64,000 bases of DNA. It comes from Chthoniobacteraceae bacterium. GTDB lineage: Bacteria; Verrucomicrobiota; Verrucomicrobiia; Chthoniobacterales; Chthoniobacteraceae. The position numbers and the translations under genes are program-made. The notes under the pieces are model-generated. The model saw nothing but the letters and a program-made list of their open reading frames with translations. It did no database searches and was not told the DNA's origin. Every line of letters begins with the position of its first letter. The first letter of the stretch is position 1. Shown here piece after piece: positions 57,943 through 64,000 of the stretch. The DNA is taken from the NCBI GenBank assembly GCA_031409655.1, contig JANNXQ010000170.1, positions 1 through 64,000 on the forward strand. Reading direction: 5' to 3'.

Positions 57943-58491
57943 GTCAGTGGTTGTATTTGGTTGTGGATCAATGGCTTCACTCCGTTCATTAGGGAGTGAA
58001 AACTCAGCGCAAAAAGGGGGCTCGAAGGGGCTCAGTGCCGGGCCGGCGGGCCAGAAGATGCTGCCGCACTTGGTCTTGTTCCCTCGGCGAGGGGCAGGAC
58101 CATTGTTCATTTCGTGAACGGGATATTCCAACTTTCATCCGAGAGAGCGCATCTTGCGCCACGGCACGACTACCTCTTCCTTTTTTATCGAAACGCGGCC
58201 GCCAAGGCCATCTTTCAGCGACCAAATCGCACATCGGAATCGCTGAGATATGCCAGTAAGACTTCGTCCTACGTAATTTTGCCAATCACGCACCCGGCTT
58301 TGAACCTTTTCAGCCCGATATGTTTACGGGTCCATCAACGACTAGATCTCCCATTTGGAGGGAACTCTTGTTTTTTCAAAAGGATTTCTGAATAAATGCG
58401 AAGGTTTTTATCAAAAACCCCGCGACTTGTGTTAAAGACCCGTGTTTATCTTCACGTTCCCCGGCCTGCTCCACTTCCCTTCCCGAAACCT

Positions 58492-61400
58492 ATGAGACGC
58501 TCCTTCCTATTTCCCGCCTTACTCTCTGCGCTTGCGGCCCTGCACGTCCCGGCCCGTGCCGCGCTCGATATTGGGCCCGGTGGTGGTCCCGGCGACGGCG
58601 TACCGGACGTTTGGGCAGCCGTCACCGGCTACACTGGCGACGGTGCATCTTTATCCGCCGACAGCGATGGGGACGGGCAGACCAATGGAGCCGAGGCGGC
58701 TGCGGGGACGAATCCCAACGCTTCGGGAGACGTCATCGCCATCAAGAGCCTGACCCCCGCCGGGGCCAACCTGAAAATCGATTTCCCGGGAATCGGTGGA
58801 AAAAAGTATCAGATGCAAAGCTCGCCGACCCTTTCCCCTGCGAATTTTACCAACGTGCCGCAAGCTGCGGGGACGGTAGTCGCCACCGCAGATGCAAATA
58901 TCCAAGTGACCTTACCAATGGGCGCCGGGTCCAAATACTACCGGGTCGTGGTCTCGGACATCGACACCGACAGTGATGGCCTGACCGATTACGAAGAACG
59001 CAAAATCGGACTGAATCCTCTCTTGCCAGATATCATCGGCGGTTTGAGCGGTGTCGCCTACGTGAGCGGCCAACTCGCTCTCCCGGATGTGGTGACAGTT
59101 GTCGCCACGGATGCCACGGCGTCGGAGGATGGTTCTGATTTCGGAAGCTTCATGGTGGAGCGGACCCGCAACCTCTTTACCATCGATGTCCCCTACACGG
59201 TTTCAGGAACCGCTACACCTGGCGTGGATTACCAGTCTCTGGGAGGATCGGTGCATCTGATGTTGGGTGAAAACACCGCTTCATTCAACATTGTGCCAAC
59301 GTCCGAGCCGACGAATGTCGTTGAAAGTGGAGAGTCCGTGACGGTCACCCTTGCAAATCCATCACTGGTCTATTCACTTGGCACGCCTAGTTCGGCAACC
59401 GTGATCATTGGCGAAACCACCGCCACGAGTGGGACTGGTCTGATGGCTCGTTACTACGACACCGCGAGCGGCAACTACAGCCGACCGGAAAACTTCGGCA
59501 CCGTTTCGAGTTATACCTACACAAGGCTAACCGCGGCCACCGGGACGGCAACGATCGCCTACACCGCGACGCCCGCACTTTCTGTGGGACACCAGGTGAA
59601 CGTGGCCTTTACAGCCGGCAACCTCAATAACGTGCTCTACAGCCCGCTGCTCTACACCGTGACGGGAGTTACTCCGACGAATTTCACGGTGGCGATTGCC
59701 GGCACCGCCTTGCCGACCAACCAAACTACGGCGTCGTCCTGCGTCATTAGCATCACCAGCTTCCCGCACCCGGCGGTCATCACTCAGGTGGATCCGACGG
59801 TGAATTTTGATTGGCAGCACGGGACGCCAAATGGCGTGGTGATCCTGCCAAACAATTCTCCGGACAATTACTCCGCGTCTTGGGATGCGTATCTCCAACC
59901 GACGACTGCTGGGAACTATATTTTCCAGCTTGATGCGGATGACAAAGCGCGGGTGCTGCTCGATACCGGGGCGGGTTTGGTGCAGATCCTCGAGCACGGT
60001 TGGGATGGCCCGGCCACAATTGGAACCTTTAAGCAGAGTGCGCCGATCGCCCTCTCGGTGCCGGGATCTCCATCCGCGCGCTACCACATTCGGGTGGAGC
60101 ATGTGGAAACCACGGGTAATGCACGGTGCAGGCTGCAGTGGAGCGCGAACGGTGGCACCACTTTCGCCAATATCGCGCAGGCAAATCAGTTCACTCATAC
60201 CCAGGCAATAACTTATAGCTATACGCAAGCCACGGGTGATGTGGTCGTCACTCCTACGGGCGGACATCTTTTCGTGGGTGGCGAAGTCGTCAATCTGACG
60301 ATGTCATCAGGAAACCTGTTCCTCCCGATCAGCTACAGTGGACCGTACACGATCACGGCCGTCAGCGGAACCAGCACTTTCACCGTGAATATCACCGGGA
60401 CTGGCTTGCCAGCCACTGGCACAGGTTCAGGCTTTCTGGAAAACGCGGCCAGCACCACGACGGGTCTATTCAACCGCACCTATGCAAACACGGCCTTCAC
60501 CAGTCCTCCGGGACGCGTTGGCGTGGACGCTGCAGTTACTACTGGGAATAATGGCATCTGGAATACCGGAACGCCCGACGTGAATCTCATCCGGCCGGAG
60601 ACCTTTTCAGTTCGGTGGACCGGTCAGGTGCAACCTCAATTCTCCGAGGAGTACACCCTCGTGGTGGGGGCCGATGATGGTTGCGCCTTGCGGATCAACG
60701 GGCAGTCGCAAATCCTTAGGACGATTCCTTCCGCGAGCACCAGTGGTAGCACCTACCTCTATGACGCCGGCTCCGGAAATGCGGTGGTCTCCTACCCGGC
60801 TTTGATCGTATCTCCTGGCAGCTTTATCGTAGGGGAGTCCGTGCGGCTTGATCCCAGCAGCGGCAGTCTTTCCCATGCCCCCGCCAGTCCGCCCACCTAC
60901 CGCTTCGATGACGTTACTGGGGACGTCGTTATTAACTACGCGAACCTGACGAACGTGACGCCGGGCGGCTTTGTCGTTGGAGAAACGATCGAACTGGACC
61001 CTACCAGCGGCAGTCTCAGCGCTCTGGGTCTCCTCCCGTATACCATTACTGCCGCCACGGCGAACACCATCACGGTCAACTCCGGCGGGCTGGGTTTTAA
61101 TCCGAGGATGAGCGTCGCGGCCATCTCCGTTGGACCTGCTTGTGAGATCACCACTGTGCAGAATCACGGCTTGAGCGTCGGCAGCGAGCTGAGGATTTCC
61201 TCGGTCGCCACCGGGATTTTCTCACCGGATATCAACAGCCTTTATACGGTGGTCGCGGTTGTCAGTCCGACTAAGTTCACCGTGGCTTCAAACTGCACGG
61301 TCGCTCCCACTGCTGGCACCGGAGTGGTAATCGTATCGGGCAATATCGCTATCAGCGACAATCGGAATGCGGTCATCACCGCGGCCACGCCCACCACCTT

Positions 61401-64000
61401 CACGGTCAATATGGGCGCGAACAAGTATGCCAATGCCAGCGCGGGCAACGTAAGCATTGATATTGTCAATAAGCCGCTCAAGGACTGGTCTTCGAGCGCC
61501 AACGAACGTTTCGTCCATGTTCCGATGATTGGCGGGGTGCGTTACGACATTCAACTCGATTACTACGAGAGCACGAGTGCCGCGAAGTGCCAGCTCTCGT
61601 GGTATAGCCCCAGCCAGCCCCGGCAGATTATCCCGAGCAATCGGCTCTACCCAACATCCACGCCTGCCTCCCCGCTCGCTCCACCAATTCTCCTCAGTCC
61701 GACTTCGGCGGTGGCCTTGGTTGGCGGTGCGTTCTCCTATGCAGTGGTCGGCAGTAATGGCGCTACGGTCACGGTCAGTGGTAACCCGGCTTGGTTGACC
61801 TACAGCGGTGGCGTCCTCAGTGGCACGCCGCCTCCTGGAACGGCTGGGCACTACCAGATCGTGGTCACAACTACCGGACCAGCAGGGACTGGGATGTCGG
61901 TCATCGAACTCGACGTTCAGGATACCGGTGGGGTGATTGCGCGGGAATATTGGAATGGTGTCGAGGGAACGACCATCGCGACGATCCCGACCGGTGCGGT
62001 CCCGACGGGCTCCGGGGATCTTTCACAGCTTGCTGCTCCGACCGACTTCGGAGACAACTATGGCGCGCGGATCCGCGGCTATATCACCGCGCCCGTCACG
62101 GGAAATTACTACTTCTGGATCTCCGCCAGCAACGCTGCGGAACTCTGGATCGCCAATGATGATGAACCGATCAACACCTTCAAGCGCGCGTCGGTGACGA
62201 CCGGTAACACCACTCCACAAACGTGGGTTGGTGAAGCAAATCAGAAGTCCGCCTGGCTGGCTCTGGAAGCCGGTCAAAGATATTATATCGAGATCCTCCA
62301 CAAAGCCGGCTCCGGTGCTGGGGACAATCTCGCAGTCGGCTGGCTCAAACCTGGCGAATCCGGCGCCCTCCCGAGTGAAGTGGTGCCTGGCTATGTGCTC
62401 TCGCCGTATGTCGCGCCGTCGTTGCAATCGATCCCCGGGACGCTCTACGTGGCGACCATGCTCTCGCAGAACGGTGCGGCGACCAGCGGTGTGGGCACGT
62501 CCACCCTTCGCCTGAGTGCGGACGAGACGACGGTCATCATGGGCTACAGTTACAGGGGCCTGACGGGTCCGATCACCTCGCAGCACATTCACACTGATCC
62601 CTACCTCTTAAAGCCATCGGAGATCGTCTTCGACATCGATACGCCCGAGACGGCGGGGGATGGCTTGATCCTCACGGGTCCTGACGCTGGAAAGTATAAA
62701 TGGACGATCAAAGATCGAGGAAGCCTCACCGCCCCGGAGATCCGCGAGATCATCAAGCAGGGCAAAGCCTACATCAATTTGCATACCGCAATGTTTCCGG
62801 CAGGCGAAATACGCGGTAACTATACGTTAGCGAACGGCTCGCGCCTGTTCACCCCGCCGCCGGCGCCTCCGGCTCTCGCCGACGATCATGCGACCAACAA
62901 CGGAGCCTCCCGCTTCCTCACGCAGGCGACGTTTGGGCCAAATCCTGCCGATATCGCGGCGCTGAAAGCGATGGCCAGTTACGATGCCTGGATCAATGAC
63001 CAGTTCACGAGGCCAGTGAGCTACACCTTGCCCGAAGTCATCAGGACCGAAAATGCGAGCGCCCAAGGTGCCGCGTTCGATGAAACGCTGGCTTTCAATG
63101 CGTGGTGGAAGAGTGCCGTTTCTGCCCCGGACCAGCTCCGGCAGCGAATCGCTTATGCATTAAGCCAGATCCACGTCGTATCAGCGCAGGGACCACTCGA
63201 CAACCGTGCAGAAGCCTTGGCCTATTACTACGACCATCTCGTCAATCACGCTTTCGGCAACTTCCGCGACCTCCTCCAAGCGACGACGCTCACGCCGGCC
63301 ATGGGGCGTTACCTTGACATGAAGGAAAACGACAAGCCTGACCTAACGGTGGGGCGCATTCCGAACGAAAACTATGCTCGTGAGATCCTGCAGTTGTTCG
63401 ACCTCGGACTTTTCCGGCTGTGGCCAGATGGCACGTTGATGCTGAATTCGAAGGACGAATTGATCCCCACCTACACCCAGCGTGAGATCGTCGGTTTTGC
63501 CCACCTCTTCACTGGCTGGGACGACGGATACGATGGAGCCTTCCGGACGACGCTCGGTGCAGCGACCAATTACACCCGCCCGATGCGGGAGGTGCCCGCC
63601 CGCCATTTCACCGGACCGAAGCGCGTGCTGAACAATGAAGTCCTGCCCGGACTTCAGCAGTTGGGCGGTCAGCCGCTCGACCCTTACGCCACTCATAACG
63701 CGACGCAATTCAACGATCCATCCTACCAGGCACTTCCTGGGTTGGAACTCGCCGTTTCCCATCAGCAGCTTTTCGAGCACCCGAATGTTGGTCCCTTCAT
63801 CTGTCGCCAGCTCATTCAGAGGATGGTGATGAGCAATCCTTCCCGCGACTACTTGTACCGGGTCGTCCAAAAATTCAACAATAACGGCGCGGGGGTGCGC
63901 GGCGATCTGAAAGCAGTCATCAAGGCGATCCTCCTCGACTACGAAGCCCGCAGTAGCTCGGAAACAACGAAGCCGATCTATGGAAAGCAGCGGGAACCGG
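58492..64000 (+). CDS. Giant secreted DUF1800-family protein (signal peptide, DxDxDG repeats, Calx-beta, 3 PA14, Ig-like, CHRD, DUF1800); 3' end outside window
   Basis: Hand translation from ATG 58492: MRRSFLFPALLSALAAL; DSDGDGQTNGAE; YTVSGTATPGVDY; VDPTVNFDW/FSVRWTGQ/ADDG; YINLHTAMFPAGEIRG; SRFLTQATFGP, DQLRQR, PNENYAREILQLF. Not in the ORF track. Confidence 0.92.
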   Translation, partial: MRRSFLFPALLSALAALHVPARAALDIGPGGGPGDGVPDVWAAVTGYTGDGASLSADSDGDGQTNGAEAAAGTNPNASGDVIAIKSLTPAGANLKIDFPGIGGKKYQMQSSPTLSPANFTNVPQAAGTVVATADANIQVTLPMGAGSKYYRVVVSDIDTDSDGLTDYEERKIGLNPLLPDIIGGLSGVAYVSGQLALPDVVTVVATDATASEDGSDFGSFMVERTRNLFTIDVPYTVSGTATPGVDYQSLGGSVHLMLGENTASFNIVPTSEPTNVVESGESVTVTLANPSLVYSLGTPSSATVIIGETTATSGTGLMARYYDTASGNYSRPENFGTVSSYTYTRLTAATGTATIAYTATPALSVGHQVNVAFTAGNLNNVLYSPLLYTVTGVTPTNFTVAIAGTALPTNQTTASSCVISITSFPHPAVITQVDPTVNFDWQHGTPNGVVILPNNSPDNYSASWDAYLQPTTAGNYIFQLDADDKARVLLDTGAGLVQILEHGWDGPATIGTFKQSAPIALSVPGSPSARYHIRVEHVETTGNARCRLQWSANGGTTFANIAQANQFTHTQAITYSYTQATGDVVVTPTGGHLFVGGEVVNLTMSSGNLFLPISYSGPYTITAVSGTSTFTVNITGTGLPATGTGSGFLENAASTTTGLFNRTYANTAFTSPPGRVGVDAAVTTGNNGIWNTGTPDVNLIRPETFSVRWTGQVQPQFSEEYTLVVGADDGCALRINGQSQILRTIPSASTSGSTYLYDAGSGNAVVSYPALIVSPGSFIVGESVRLDPSSGSLSHAPASPPTYRFDDVTGDVVINYANLTNVTPGGFVVGETIELDPTSGSLSALGLLPYTITAATANTITVNSGGLGFNPRMSVAAISVGPACEITTVQNHGLSVGSELRISSVATGIFSPDINSLYTVVAVVSPTKFTVASNCTVAPTAGTGVVIVSGNIAISDNRNAVITAATPTTFTVNMGANKYANASAGNVSIDIVNKPLKDWSSSANERFVHVPMIGGVRYDIQLDYYESTSAAKCQLSWYSPSQPRQIIPSNRLYPTSTPASPLAPPILLSPTSAVALVGGAFSYAVVGSNGATVTVSGNPAWLTYSGGVLSGTPPPGTAGHYQIVVTTTGPAGTGMSVIELDVQDTGGVIAREYWNGVEGTTIATIPTGAVPTGSGDLSQLAAPTDFGDNYGARIRGYITAPVTGNYYFWISASNAAELWIANDDEPINTFKRASVTTGNTTPQTWVGEANQKSAWLALEAGQRYYIEILHKAGSGAGDNLAVGWLKPGESGALPSEVVPGYVLSPYVAPSLQSIPGTLYVATMLSQNGAATSGVGTSTLRLSADETTVIMGYSYRGLTGPITSQHIHTDPYLLKPSEIVFDIDTPETAGDGLILTGPDAGKYKWTIKDRGSLTAPEIREIIKQGKAYINLHTAMFPAGEIRGNYTLANGSRLFTPPPAPPALADDHATNNGASRFLTQATFGPNPADIAALKAMASYDAWINDQFTRPVSYTLPEVIRTENASAQGAAFDETLAFNAWWKSAVSAPDQLRQRIAYALSQIHVVSAQGPLDNRAEALAYYYDHLVNHAFGNFRDLLQATTLTPAMGRYLDMKENDKPDLTVGRIPNENYAREILQLFDLGLFRLWPDGTLMLNSKDELIPTYTQREIVGFAHLFTGWDDGYDGAFRTTLGAATNYTRPMREVPARHFTGPKRVLNNEVLPGLQQLGGQPLDPYATHNATQFNDPSYQALPGLELAVSHQQLFEHPNVGPFICRQLIQRMVMSNPSRDYLYRVVQKFNNNGAGVRGDLKAVIKAILLDYEARSSSETTKPIYGKQREP

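Noticed and set aside
57943..58300. Riboswitch, ops/JUMPStart or attenuator in the leader of the glycan locus
   Set aside because: Only short weak hairpins; no GGCGGTAG ops motif or recognisable RNA family seen.
59527..63870. Minus-strand and alternate-frame ORFs in the last 5 kb
   Set aside because: Shadows of the continuous plus-strand giant ORF.

Overview
High-GC bacterial DNA, probably Verrucomicrobiota (inferred from gene content and style, not verified). There are three blocks. (1) 1-23.4 kb, minus strand: a flagellar basal-body/hook/export cluster in Firmicutes/spirochaete-like order (flgBC-fliEFGHIJ-ylxF/motE-like-fliK-flgDE-fliLMNOPQR-flhBA-flhF-orf-fliA), then a secreted esterase and motAB. 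It has two sigma54-type promoters and one sigma28-type promoter. (2) 23.5-57.9 kb, minus strand: a ~34 kb surface-glycan locus with a GbsR/MarR-type regulator, Wzm/Wzt, ~17 intact soluble glycosyltransferases, 5 methyltransferases, 2 acyltransferases, an O-antigen ligase/Wzy-like protein, a HAD-UbiA + MTase + GT-C cassette and 2 GT2 pseudogenes. (3) 58.5 kb to the window end, plus strand: a >1800 aa secreted Calx-beta/PA14/CHRD/DUF1800 protein that is missing from the ORF track. Main oddities: a palindromic REP-like element that supplies the fliO stop codon and part of the FliP signal peptide; hairpins built from short tandem units; a motif-degenerate FlhF followed by a small membrane ORF instead of FlhG; FliM without the CheY-binding peptide; near-leaderless sigma54 transcripts; and nested domain insertions in the giant protein. 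All calls are by eye, with no database searches.
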